Shown: positions 1 through 8,624 of the stretch, piece by piece
Position numbering within the stretch: the stretch's first letter is position 1
Layout of the letters: each line of letters starts with the position of its first letter
Assembly (NCBI GenBank): GCA_009886305.1
Contig: QXZO01000188.1
Span: 7,612-37,015 of the forward strand
Direction of reading: 5' to 3'
Source: Betaproteobacteria bacterium
GTDB taxonomy: Bacteria > Pseudomonadota > Gammaproteobacteria > Burkholderiales > Eutrophovitaceae
DNA length: 29,404 nucleotides
Position numbers and translations under genes: made by a program
The notes under the pieces: model-generated
What the model was told of the DNA's origin: nothing
The model's input: only the letters and a program-made list of their open reading frames with translations
Database searches by the model: none

Positions 1-212
1 GCTCGATGCGTTGGTTTCAAATCAGAGAGGGTTAGAGACAAAAACAACTTTCAAAAGTATTTACATAAGAACGGCGGCGATGGGATTTTACGTCATTCCA
101 AAATTAATAGACACTTACTCCTAAAAACTTAGAAGCAACAGTCAACTTTAAAAACTACAATACATATCCTGTGGGCATATTCGAATTAAGACAATTCAAC
201 AAAGGACCATAA

Positions 213-1487
213 ATGATAATAAAAAAAATAACTGTATATTTTTTACTGCTAGCTTTCGCAGTCTGCTCTATGCACTTAAGTCACGCGAATCCATTACCTA
301 CCGTTGAACCAGAGTCCGTCGGAATGTCTTCGGAACGGCTCAATAGAATCACCCAAACGTTTCAGCGTCATATTGACGCTAAAAGCCTTCCTGGAGTTGT
401 CATTCGTATCGCGCGCGAAGGGAAAATCGTCTACTCCAGCGCCCTTGGTTGGCAAGATATCGATTCAGGCATACCCATGGCACACGATTCGATTTTTCGC
501 ATTTATTCGATGACTAAACCCATCGTAAGTGTCGCTGCTATGGCGCTAGTAGAAGCTGGTTTTCTTTCTCTATCTGACCCGGTATCAAAATACATACCGC
601 TATTTCAAGATGCACGAGTTGGAATAGAAACAATCAGCAGCGACGGAGTTAACTCACTGCAAACTACAAAAGCTCGAAAACCCATAACAATTCAAGATCT
701 CATGCGACACACATCCGGTTTAACCTATGGTAGGTTTGGAAAAAGAACACTGGTGAAAGAGAAATATTTGGCAGAAAATTTGAGTTCGCTTGATTGGACT
801 CTTGAAGCATATGCGAACACACTTGCCACACTACCCTTAACAAATGAGCCTGGAACCACATGGGAGTACGGGCGATCAACGGATGTTTTGGGTCGAGTTG
901 TCGAGATCGTCTCAGGCATGTCACTTGACCAATATTTAAATAAAACTATTTTTAGTCCGTTACGCATGCACGACACTAGTTTCGGGGTCCCAAAAGTAAA
1001 GCATGGTCGTATTGCAGAAAATATGGAAGACATCAAAACTGGGAAGAAAATTAATCTTATCAACGTCAAAGGACCTATGACGTTATTCGCAGGCGGGCAT
1101 GGTCTATCTTCCACGGCTGACGATTACATACGTTTTTGCCAAATGATGTTAAATGGCGGTGAACTCGATGGAATTCGAATCCTATCACCGACCACAGTAA
1201 GCTTCATGTCGGCGAATCACTTAAATAAAAAAATAAGTAACGGCTCTCTATACCTCCCCGGGCCCGGCTACGGTTTTGGTTTAGGATTTGCAACAAGGCT
1301 AGAGGAGGGTCAATCAGTATGGCCCGGATCAACAGGAGAATACTTTTGGGCTGGATATGGCGGAACCTACTTCTGGATTGATCCCAGAGAGTCGTTAACC
1401 GTATCCTTCATGTCACAAGATCCGTATAGACGAAATGAACATCGAGTGCTATTACGCAACTTAGTCTATCAATCCATTATTAAATAA
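213..1487 (+). CDS. Serine hydrolase, beta-lactamase class C/AmpC-like family, with predicted signal peptide
   Basis: SxxK motif (IYSMTK), LMRHTSG, WEYG and FWAGYGGTYFWIDP segments. N-terminus has KK, a hydrophobic stretch and SHA|N. AAAGGA precedes the ATG. Confidence 0.9.
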   Translation: MIIKKITVYFLLLAFAVCSMHLSHANPLPTVEPESVGMSSERLNRITQTFQRHIDAKSLPGVVIRIAREGKIVYSSALGWQDIDSGIPMAHDSIFRIYSMTKPIVSVAAMALVEAGFLSLSDPVSKYIPLFQDARVGIETISSDGVNSLQTTKARKPITIQDLMRHTSGLTYGRFGKRTLVKEKYLAENLSSLDWTLEAYANTLATLPLTNEPGTTWEYGRSTDVLGRVVEIVSGMSLDQYLNKTIFSPLRMHDTSFGVPKVKHGRIAENMEDIKTGKKINLINVKGPMTLFAGGHGLSSTADDYIRFCQMMLNGGELDGIRILSPTTVSFMSANHLNKKISNGSLYLPGPGYGFGLGFATRLEEGQSVWPGSTGEYFWAGYGGTYFWIDPRESLTVSFMSQDPYRRNEHRVLLRNLVYQSIIK

Positions 1488-1497
1488 CGGAGTACAT

Positions 1498-2283
1498 ATG
1501 TCAGACAAATTATTCTCAGTCAAAGACCAAGTCGTTCTGGTTACTGGTGGGAGCCGCGGTATTGGCAAGGAGCTTGCGTCGGCGTTTGTGCGTAGAAACG
1601 CGCACGTCATCATAGCTGGTAGACACAAACAAACGCTCGATGAGACAGCAACTGAAATATCTACACCATCCAACTCCGTCTCCGCACAAATTTGTGATGT
1701 TTCAAGTACAGACGATGTTGAGCTATTAATTGAATCCGTGATCTCTCAACATGGCAGGATTGATACGCTTGTAAGCGTAGCGGGCATCAATAAACGTATG
1801 AAAGCCGAAAGTTACACGATTGACGAGTACGACTCCATTACAGATATTAATGCCAAGGGAGCATGGATCATCGCGCAAGCGGTCGGCAGAAAAATGATTC
1901 CACAGGGCAGCGGATCCATCATCAACGTTGACTCACTTAATACTTATGCACCGTTACGTGGAACAACGCCTTACGCGATGAGTAAAGCAAGCGTGCTGAT
2001 GATGACAAGAGGATTAGCAAATGAATGGGGACGTCACGGCATACGCGTTAATTCAATTGCCCCTGGCTTTATTCACACAGATTTAACGAAAAAAGTATGG
2101 GCTGATGAAACTATGCGAGCATGGGGGAAAACCAATACTCCTCTTGAGCGACTAGGTAAAGTTTCAGATCTAGTAGGCGCAGCAATATTCTTGGCCTCTG
2201 ACGCATCACAATTCATGAGTGGACAGACATTAAGAGTGGATGGTGGATTCACTGCAGGGATCAATTGGCCTGTTGAACTGTAA
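1498..2283 (+). CDS. SDR family NAD(P)-dependent oxidoreductase (gluconate 5-dehydrogenase/KduD-like)
   Basis: TGGSRGIG Rossmann motif, YAMSK (YxxxK), IRVNSIAPG and SGQTLRVDGG. Starts 10 bp after the upstream gene, so probably co-transcribed. Confidence 0.9.
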   Translation: MSDKLFSVKDQVVLVTGGSRGIGKELASAFVRRNAHVIIAGRHKQTLDETATEISTPSNSVSAQICDVSSTDDVELLIESVISQHGRIDTLVSVAGINKRMKAESYTIDEYDSITDINAKGAWIIAQAVGRKMIPQGSGSIINVDSLNTYAPLRGTTPYAMSKASVLMMTRGLANEWGRHGIRVNSIAPGFIHTDLTKKVWADETMRAWGKTNTPLERLGKVSDLVGAAIFLASDASQFMSGQTLRVDGGFTAGINWPVEL

Positions 2284-2331
2284 AAGTGTAAAAGGTAGCA
2301 CACACAACTCTACCGTATCGACGATACACAT

Positions 2332-3606
2332 ATGATATTACTGCTGCTCAATAAAGTGATGAACCGAGTGATGCTAAGCGCTTTTGGTCCGAAACTAATT
2401 ATTAGTATTACGTTGTGTTTGCCAATATGGGCACATTCGGACTCAGAGGCGACAATAAAGGGAGTCGAAGCTTTTGAAACACGGTGGGTAATCCCTTTTT
2501 TAAGCAGCGGCTCATGGGGTCGCGGGCCACACTCTAACGCCGAATCTTGTTTAGATTGCCATCAACCAGGTGCCAGTCCATTCCTATTCAAGACAAATAG
2601 TAATGAGATACAACCCGTTATCTTAAGAGTTCGAGATGGTAACGGAGCGTCGGGACACATAAATTACGGCAATGAAATCAGCCGATTTGGTATCACTGGC
2701 AAGTTACATCCTGAGGGTGATTTCGATCTCAATTGGTATAAAAAAAACATGGAAGGGCATGTACTGCGTTACCCATCCGCTGAAATTACAAAGTTGAACT
2801 TTGGACCACTAGCCTCTAGCGATACCTCATCTGTTCGCATCGGCCGTGATCTAACCAATATTGGAATGCTTGACTCAATTACCAAATCACAGTTACAAGA
2901 TATAGTCGATGAACAGAAACTACTCGGACTAAATGGGCGTATTAATTACGTACTAGATCCCATTACGAAAACAAAGAATATTGGACGGTACGGATATAAA
3001 GCATCCTCCCCTTCACTACTTGACCAAGTTAGTAAAGCTTTCAGAGACGAATTAGGCGTTACATCCGTTATGTATCCAATCAATCCCTGCGCAGGGAATC
3101 CTGTAGTTTGCTCGAGCCTAAATTCAGTTGGCGGTCTTGAAATTTCTCAAAATAGAATAAAAGTCCTCTTAACATTCATCCGAACTACTTCTCAACCAAG
3201 TCCAAAAAAATCGGATATGCGCGCTAGTACTGGAAAGAATCTATTTAAGAAAATTGGTTGTAACCACTGTCATCGTTCTGATCTTTATGTATTGTCTGAA
3301 CACCAAACTGACACGCAATATGATCGTGCGCTCTATACAGACCTTCTAATCCACGACATGGGTAGCGGTCTATCTGATGGGATGAAAGAATTTCTTGCCA
3401 GACCCGAAGACTGGCGAACTACACCGTTATCGGGAATAAAAAAACACCTACTCGCGGGCGGTACATTACTGCATGACGGTCGAGCTAAGTCGATAAAAGA
3501 GGCCATCCTGTGGCATGACGGGGAAGCAAAAACCTCCAGAGGAAACTACCTATCATTGGATAACGAACAAAAGTTATTGTTAGAATATTTTGTCAGACAG
3601 TTATAA
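2332..3606 (+). CDS. Di-haem oxidoreductase (DHOR, putative thiol oxidoreductase/peroxidase) family protein
   Basis: Two CxxCH motifs (CLDCH, CNHCH) plus GRYGYKA, YTDLLIHDMG, WRTTPL, LLHDGRA and EAILWH. The true start may be a downstream Met (M10 or M14). Confidence 0.85.
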   Translation: MILLLLNKVMNRVMLSAFGPKLIISITLCLPIWAHSDSEATIKGVEAFETRWVIPFLSSGSWGRGPHSNAESCLDCHQPGASPFLFKTNSNEIQPVILRVRDGNGASGHINYGNEISRFGITGKLHPEGDFDLNWYKKNMEGHVLRYPSAEITKLNFGPLASSDTSSVRIGRDLTNIGMLDSITKSQLQDIVDEQKLLGLNGRINYVLDPITKTKNIGRYGYKASSPSLLDQVSKAFRDELGVTSVMYPINPCAGNPVVCSSLNSVGGLEISQNRIKVLLTFIRTTSQPSPKKSDMRASTGKNLFKKIGCNHCHRSDLYVLSEHQTDTQYDRALYTDLLIHDMGSGLSDGMKEFLARPEDWRTTPLSGIKKHLLAGGTLLHDGRAKSIKEAILWHDGEAKTSRGNYLSLDNEQKLLLEYFVRQL

Positions 3607-3643
3607 ACTTCTAAAATCCAAACCTTAATAAAGGCACTTAACC

Positions 3644-4282
3644 ATGATCTCAATTGAAATATTTTCTGATGTGGTCTGTCCTTGGTGCTTTATTGGCAAA
3701 AGAAATCTAGAGACGGCCTTATCAAATCTTAAAGCGGGTGGCGAAAAATCAGAAAATATAGAACTAAACTGGCGCTCTTTTCAATTAAATCCGCAGCTGC
3801 CAACACAAGGTATAGCGCGATCGGAGTACACTTCGGCAAAATTTGGTGGTGAAGAACGCGCTACACAAGTTTATGAACGAATCAGCAGTGCGGCAAAAGA
3901 GGTTGGACTGGCTCTCAATTTCAACAAAATAGTAACGCAACCAAACTCGTCACGAATGCACGCTTTGATTTATGCAGCAGAGTCAGCACAAAAAAATCAT
4001 CAACTAGTTGAAAGCCTTTTTAAAGCATTCTTTATTGATGGCATTGACCTCACCCAAAGAGATAACGTGTCGTCAATTGCTCAATCAGCAGGACTTGAAA
4101 GAGTATTAATCGATAGGGTTTTTGATGACGATCTGTTCATGGACAAAATCAAAGAAGACGTCCAGCAATCATCCAAGATCGGTATTCAAGGTGTTCCTTT
4201 TTTCATCATTAATCAAAAGATCGGGTTATCCGGTGCGCAGCCGCCAGAGGCAATAGTCAAAGCCGTAGAACAATCACTCTAA
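3644..4282 (+). CDS. DsbA family oxidoreductase (FrnE-like)
   Basis: IFSDVVCPWCFIG with CPWC, FQLNP, and IQGVPFFIIN...LSGAQPPE. No signal peptide. Confidence 0.9.
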   Translation: MISIEIFSDVVCPWCFIGKRNLETALSNLKAGGEKSENIELNWRSFQLNPQLPTQGIARSEYTSAKFGGEERATQVYERISSAAKEVGLALNFNKIVTQPNSSRMHALIYAAESAQKNHQLVESLFKAFFIDGIDLTQRDNVSSIAQSAGLERVLIDRVFDDDLFMDKIKEDVQQSSKIGIQGVPFFIINQKIGLSGAQPPEAIVKAVEQSL

Positions 4283-4309
4283 CAAGCGCAACAGGACCAA
4301 AAATTAGCT

Positions 4310-5335
4310 TTAGTTTAGGGCTGCTGTAAGCTCAGTGATGAATACATCAATATCATCGTCACTCAAATCCAAGTGTGTCACCAAGCGAACAGACTTGCCT
4401 GGGGTAATAAGAATATTTTTATCCTTAAGCTTTTTAGCGACATCACTCGCCTCAACCCCCTTGAATGATAGAAACACCATATTAGTCAGGGATTTGGACA
4501 CGGTGACTTTTGGGTGATTCAAAGCCTTCAATGTATCGGATAGCTTGGTCGCCCTTGCATGATCTTCCTGCAATCTATCAATATGGTTTTCTAAAGCATA
4601 AATTCCTGCTGCGGCTAAAATTCCCGCTTGACGCATACCGCCGCCCAGCATCTTACGCCACCGCCTTGCCTTACCAATCAAGCCTTGAGGTCCACATAAA
4701 ACTGAACCGACCGGCGCTCCCAACCCCTTAGATAAGCAAATCGAGATGGTATCGAAATACTGTGTAATCGTTTTAACGTCGACGTTTAGTGCAATGCTTG
4801 CATTGAATAATCGAGCACCATCAAGATGCAAAGACAAGCCCGTATCATCACAGAAATCTCCAGCTTCCTTCAGATACTCAATTGGAAGCGGTTGACCTGC
4901 TTGAGTATTTTCTAAACACAGCAATCTAGTTCGCGCGAAATGAGGATCATCTGGCTTGATTGCAGACGCTACAGACTCTAATCTAAGCGTGCCATCATGT
5001 TCGTAATCTAATGGTTGAGGTTGAATGCTTCCCAGCACCGCAGCGCCGCCACCCTCGTATTTATATGTGTGGCCTTGTTGCCCAACAATATATTCATCTC
5101 CTCTTTCGCAATGAACTAAAAGTGCGAGCAGGTTACTTTGAGTGCCACTTGCCACGAAAATAGCAGACTCTTTACCGCTGACTCTAGCGGCTAAAGCCTC
5201 TAATTCATTAACCGTAGGATCCTCGCCGTACACATCGTCACCCACCTGAGCACTAGCCATCGCGGACCGCATATCAATTGTGGGTTGCGTAACCGTATCA
5301 CTGCGAAAATCAATCATGCGCTCAAAGGATTGCAT
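4310..5335 (-). CDS. ltaE: Low-specificity L-threonine aldolase (PLP-dependent)
   Basis: IDFRSDTVT, GDDVYGEDPT, SGTQSN, LHLDGARLFNA and CLSKGLGAPVGS (PLP lysine). The start may be 5317 (MIDFRSD). Confidence 0.93.
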   Translation of the reverse strand: MQSFERMIDFRSDTVTQPTIDMRSAMASAQVGDDVYGEDPTVNELEALAARVSGKESAIFVASGTQSNLLALLVHCERGDEYIVGQQGHTYKYEGGGAAVLGSIQPQPLDYEHDGTLRLESVASAIKPDDPHFARTRLLCLENTQAGQPLPIEYLKEAGDFCDDTGLSLHLDGARLFNASIALNVDVKTITQYFDTISICLSKGLGAPVGSVLCGPQGLIGKARRWRKMLGGGMRQAGILAAAGIYALENHIDRLQEDHARATKLSDTLKALNHPKVTVSKSLTNMVFLSFKGVEASDVAKKLKDKNILITPGKSVRLVTHLDLSDDDIDVFITELTAALN

Positions 5336-5455
5336 AAAGAAGAGACATCATTGAATAGTCCGTATGACACATTGATATCCATATCCATATCAATAAAATA
5401 ATCTGCTCTTTAGTTTACCTAAACACTAATTTAACTGCACCCACTGTAAATCTGG

Positions 5456-6022
5456 TCAATCTGATTGGACTGAATCAAACGTCTCCCCATTAGCATAGGC
5501 AAGTGCTCCTGAGTGCATAGGGATTACCGCATTGGCGGAAATATCAGCCAGATCCAAATTCTTAATCACACCATCGTGAATTAAAGCTGAAGTTACAAGC
5601 CAAGCGTGCTCTGTCGGAAAATCAGTAGCGGCAACTAAAAAGAACTCCTCATTCTGCAACAAACTTCTTATCATGCCTGGATTCAAACCTTTGAATTGCG
5701 ACGTACCACGATATAAATTGGTGGCATCTTCAGCACTCATCACTGCAAGCATGGCCTGGCCTGTTGTAATCAAACTACCAACCCTTTGGGCATCTCTTGC
5801 TCTAGCAACTCTAGCCCGAGCCTCAGGTAGCGTTGCGGCAAGCGAATTCACTATTAGATCAGCTAGTGAATCAGTTTTAAGGTCCGTTCTGTAAGAGTGT
5901 ATTAGCAGATAGCGTTGACGCATCACTTTCCACTGTCGATATGGCGTATGCGCAATGGAGTTCTGTCCAAAAACAAGAAATGGCGACAAAAGTAACGATA
6001 TTAAAAATTTTCTTTTATTCAT
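5456..6022 (-). CDS. Conserved hypothetical exported protein (HTPYRQW N-terminus), C-terminus resembling TAXI-type solute-binding proteins
   Basis: 188-aa ORF filling the gap between two clear genes. Signal-like N-terminus MNKRKFLISLLL...SIA|H. C-terminal IPMHSGALAY resembles the TAXI P-x-H-P-G-A-x-x-Y motif. Confidence 0.7.
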   Translation of the reverse strand: MNKRKFLISLLLSPFLVFGQNSIAHTPYRQWKVMRQRYLLIHSYRTDLKTDSLADLIVNSLAATLPEARARVARARDAQRVGSLITTGQAMLAVMSAEDATNLYRGTSQFKGLNPGMIRSLLQNEEFFLVAATDFPTEHAWLVTSALIHDGVIKNLDLADISANAVIPMHSGALAYANGETFDSVQSD

Positions 6023-6036
6023 GTAGGAACCAATAA

Positions 6037-6063
6037 AATAGGGTGGTAACTGACCACCCTATT
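6037..6063 (-). terminator. Probable intrinsic terminator downstream of the acetamidase/formamidase gene
   Basis: Perfect 10-bp inverted repeat AATAGGGTGG (6037-6046) / CCACCCTATT (6054-6063) with a 7-nt loop. Followed by a T-rich run on the minus strand, 26 nt after the stop codon. Confidence 0.75.
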
Positions 6064-6089
6064 GTTCGTATCAAAGTAAGTCCTTAAAC

Positions 6090-7337
6090 TCAATCAAAAA
6101 TCTCTAGGGGACAAATAGTGGATACGGCATAGTTTGGAAGATCGACTAAGTTGCCTATTCTAATATCACAGGCAACACTCGTGATCACATAGGCCTGCTC
6201 TCTCGTAAATCCTTTTTGAGTAACTAACCAATTAATCATCTCAACTAGAGAAGCACGCGCAGCAGCAGTTAAATCCTCTGATAAGTTCGACAGAGGAGTT
6301 AATTTTTCGGAATCAAGATAACTTGTATAAGGCAAATCTACCCCAGCTTCTTTAATGGGATAACCAATCGTTGCATAAAACTTATCTGGTTCTAACGCTT
6401 TTATTTGAGACCCTCCTTCAAAATGCGGACCAGACTTCATGATCGACGCCATACCTTTTCTAATTTCAGTTCTAACCGTTACCTCAGCACCAATCTCAAT
6501 AGCGGTACCGGCAACCTCACCGTCACCTTGAGCGTAATGAACATCACCCACGAACAACCCACATCCATCGACGTAGCATGGAAGTAGGAGAGTAGTTCCA
6601 ACAACCATTTGCTTGATATCCATATTTCCACCGTTCTCTCGAGGTGGAATCGTACGCAAACACTCGGCGCTATGTGAACCCTCGGGACCACACACAGCAG
6701 CCGGTCTAGCTCCGGTAGGTTGCGGTGGCAAAGCAATTCCTCCGGCAGCACCCAAAGCATTTTCTCGGGCCAACCACGCAGCAACTTCAGGCTCTCCGGG
6801 TAAGGTTCCGACCGTACCCATAAACCCATTCATTGGTATTCGGACACCGGGTAATTGGTCTGACACGGCTTCCAGGCGATTCACTTTCCAGTTTGCGACG
6901 AATGGTTCTGTATACATATCCCGCAAAAAGCCGAATCCTGGGACGATAGTTGTGTATCCATACTCATCAGGCTCAATATCGATTAAGGTAACGGCCAGAA
7001 CATCACCCCTCTTCGCACCTTCAATATAAACAGGCCCTGTAATTGGGTGGACCAAATTTAAATCAATAGCTAAAACATCTTTTGGTTCAGAATTTATCGT
7101 CAAATCAGAGTCCAACGCATCTCTGGTCTCATACCTGATTAACTGACCAGGCTTGGCGTGGGCAATTGCCGGAATCGCATAATGATATCGATTCATACAA
7201 TTCGGATCATCGACACAATGATCGCCTTGCTTATTTACTTCAACAATCGATTGAGTCTTGACATCTGTTGTGTCCGCATGAGCGGTCATGGTGGCTACAG
7301 CTAGGATTAGTGGCAAAATAACTTTAACTTTCCTCAT
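6090..7337 (-). CDS. Acetamidase/formamidase (FmdA/AmdA) family protein with predicted signal peptide
   Basis: HPITGPVYIEGAKRGDVLAV, PPRENGGNMDI, GDVHYAQGDGEVAGTAIE and EQAYVITSVACD. N-terminus MRKVKVILPLILAVATMTAHA|D. GAGGG Shine-Dalgarno upstream. Confidence 0.9.
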   Translation of the reverse strand: MRKVKVILPLILAVATMTAHADTTDVKTQSIVEVNKQGDHCVDDPNCMNRYHYAIPAIAHAKPGQLIRYETRDALDSDLTINSEPKDVLAIDLNLVHPITGPVYIEGAKRGDVLAVTLIDIEPDEYGYTTIVPGFGFLRDMYTEPFVANWKVNRLEAVSDQLPGVRIPMNGFMGTVGTLPGEPEVAAWLARENALGAAGGIALPPQPTGARPAAVCGPEGSHSAECLRTIPPRENGGNMDIKQMVVGTTLLLPCYVDGCGLFVGDVHYAQGDGEVAGTAIEIGAEVTVRTEIRKGMASIMKSGPHFEGGSQIKALEPDKFYATIGYPIKEAGVDLPYTSYLDSEKLTPLSNLSEDLTAAARASLVEMINWLVTQKGFTREQAYVITSVACDIRIGNLVDLPNYAVSTICPLEIFD

Positions 7338-7597
7338 ACTTCCCTCGCTTTGAATGATTAAGATATAAATTGTCGTTCAACACCGTCACGATTTCATTGA
7401 CCAAAATGACCGTTACGTAAAATATGGTCCTCGATCACCTGAATGTCAAGGAGGCATAAGTTCAATAAATGCGCGTATTCGGTGTTATTTGGACTTGTTA
7501 TTGCTTTTTTTTGTAGATACTGGCTCACAATGACAAAGTGATGTCTTATAATATGCGTTCTGGCCTGTTTTAATGAAGTCTCACACATATATTATTT

Positions 7598-7783
7598 ATG
7601 CCTAAAAAACCTTACGAATCGGATACCACAACATTTATCAAATCTCTATTCACTAAGAAGCCCGAATTAAGAGAACAACAGCTTAATGCTAGGAGCCTGT
7701 GGTGGGATCGGGAACAAGATTTAAAACAACAGTCCGAATTAGACAAGGCGAGCATAAAGAAAAAGCCTTACGAATACTATTAA
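7598..7783 (+). CDS. DUF3460 family small protein
   Basis: YESDTTTFIKSL...PEL...ARSLWWDR...KPYEY pattern typical of this betaproteobacterial family. A TATAAT hexamer lies at 7547-7552. Confidence 0.75.
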   Translation: MPKKPYESDTTTFIKSLFTKKPELREQQLNARSLWWDREQDLKQQSELDKASIKKKPYEYY

Positions 7784-7948
7784 GGCATCTATTCGGATTA
7801 TTTTTCCGGATGCGCGACGTTGAGAAAAAACGTTTTTGAAAATAAAAGAATTATCAAAGACCAAACGGCGACTTTACATCGTGCGCGTACTTTAGTTTGC
7901 GGCCCTTTACTCGATTATCGCAAAGAGACCGCAAAGAAAATTATCGAG

Positions 7949-8365
7949 TTACCCCGCTGGTGGCGGCGTCTTAGCTAAAGATTTAATTTCGAGTACGTTA
8001 CGGTTTGGATCCATGACAAAAAAAGTTTGTTGCTCATACTCAGTGTCAGCAAACCGAATGTATGGCTTATCCAAAAAGCCCACCGTGTTCTCTACGCTTG
8101 CTTTTACTTTATTGAATACTTCCTTCTCTAAGTGCACTCCAAAGTGAGGCACCACAACGGCACCCATCTCGACGTCATGCCGTTCTCCATGCATATCAGT
8201 TCGAGGAGTAGAAGAATGAAGGGTTAGCTCGTTCCCCCAAAAATCTATATCGACCCACTTCCCTTCTTCAGAGTTATCAGTTTTACAGAATAGAATGTCT
8301 GTATAAAACTTGACCGTCTCCTCCAAGTTACCCGCTTCTACTGCACAATGAAATATATTACTCAC
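7949..8365 (-). CDS. VOC family protein (glyoxalase/extradiol dioxygenase-like)
   Basis: FHCAV (metal His), FYTDIL, WVDIDFWGNELTLH, PHFGVHL and TFFVMDPNRNVLEIK. GTG start with GGAGG upstream. Confidence 0.88.
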   Translation of the reverse strand: MSNIFHCAVEAGNLEETVKFYTDILFCKTDNSEEGKWVDIDFWGNELTLHSSTPRTDMHGERHDVEMGAVVVPHFGVHLEKEVFNKVKASVENTVGFLDKPYIRFADTEYEQQTFFVMDPNRNVLEIKSLAKTPPPAG

Positions 8366-8406
8366 GATTTGCCTCCATATATAAGAAGTACGATTTTACT
8401 AAGTTT

Positions 8407-8435
8407 TTGACATTTGTGATCTCATTTTTTAGATT
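8407..8435 (+). promoter_or_regulatory. Putative sigma70-type promoter
   Basis: TTGACA (8407-8412), a 17-nt spacer and TAGATT (8430-8435). Predicted start near 8441-8442, oriented toward the fasciclin gene. Confidence 0.5.
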
Positions 8436-8624
8436 TCTTTGGCGTGATGGCAACCACCGAATCGACGATCGGTGGTGATATGAAAGCATCAATAATCTTA
8501 AATAGAAGGCGTTAATCAACTTAAAGACTAAAAACATGTAATGAAAACATAATTTTACTAGCACGCAGTGCATAACTTGACGTAAACTAAACAGGATAAA
8601 ATCAAGAAAAATTTGACTGGAGTT

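Noticed and set aside
1-212. Gene start or RNA gene at the left edge
   Set aside because: No supportable ORF or RNA motif in the visible part. It is treated as the upstream region of the serine hydrolase.
7394-7588. 64-aa minus-strand ORF upstream of the amidase
   Set aside because: No recognisable motif or SD. Its start is only 9 bp from the divergent DUF3460 start, and it spans the likely promoter region (TATAAT at 7547). Probably spurious, though not excluded.
7784-7948. ncRNA or terminator in the 165-bp convergent gap
   Set aside because: Only weak, bulged stems and short repeats (GCAAAGA twice) are present. Nothing is distinguishable from background without covariation data.
8453-8476. 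Guanidine-II (mini-ykkC) riboswitch, suggested by ACGA in the loop
   Set aside because: It needs two tandem short hairpins each closing an ACGR tetraloop. Only one hairpin is present and ACGA is not closed as a tetraloop.
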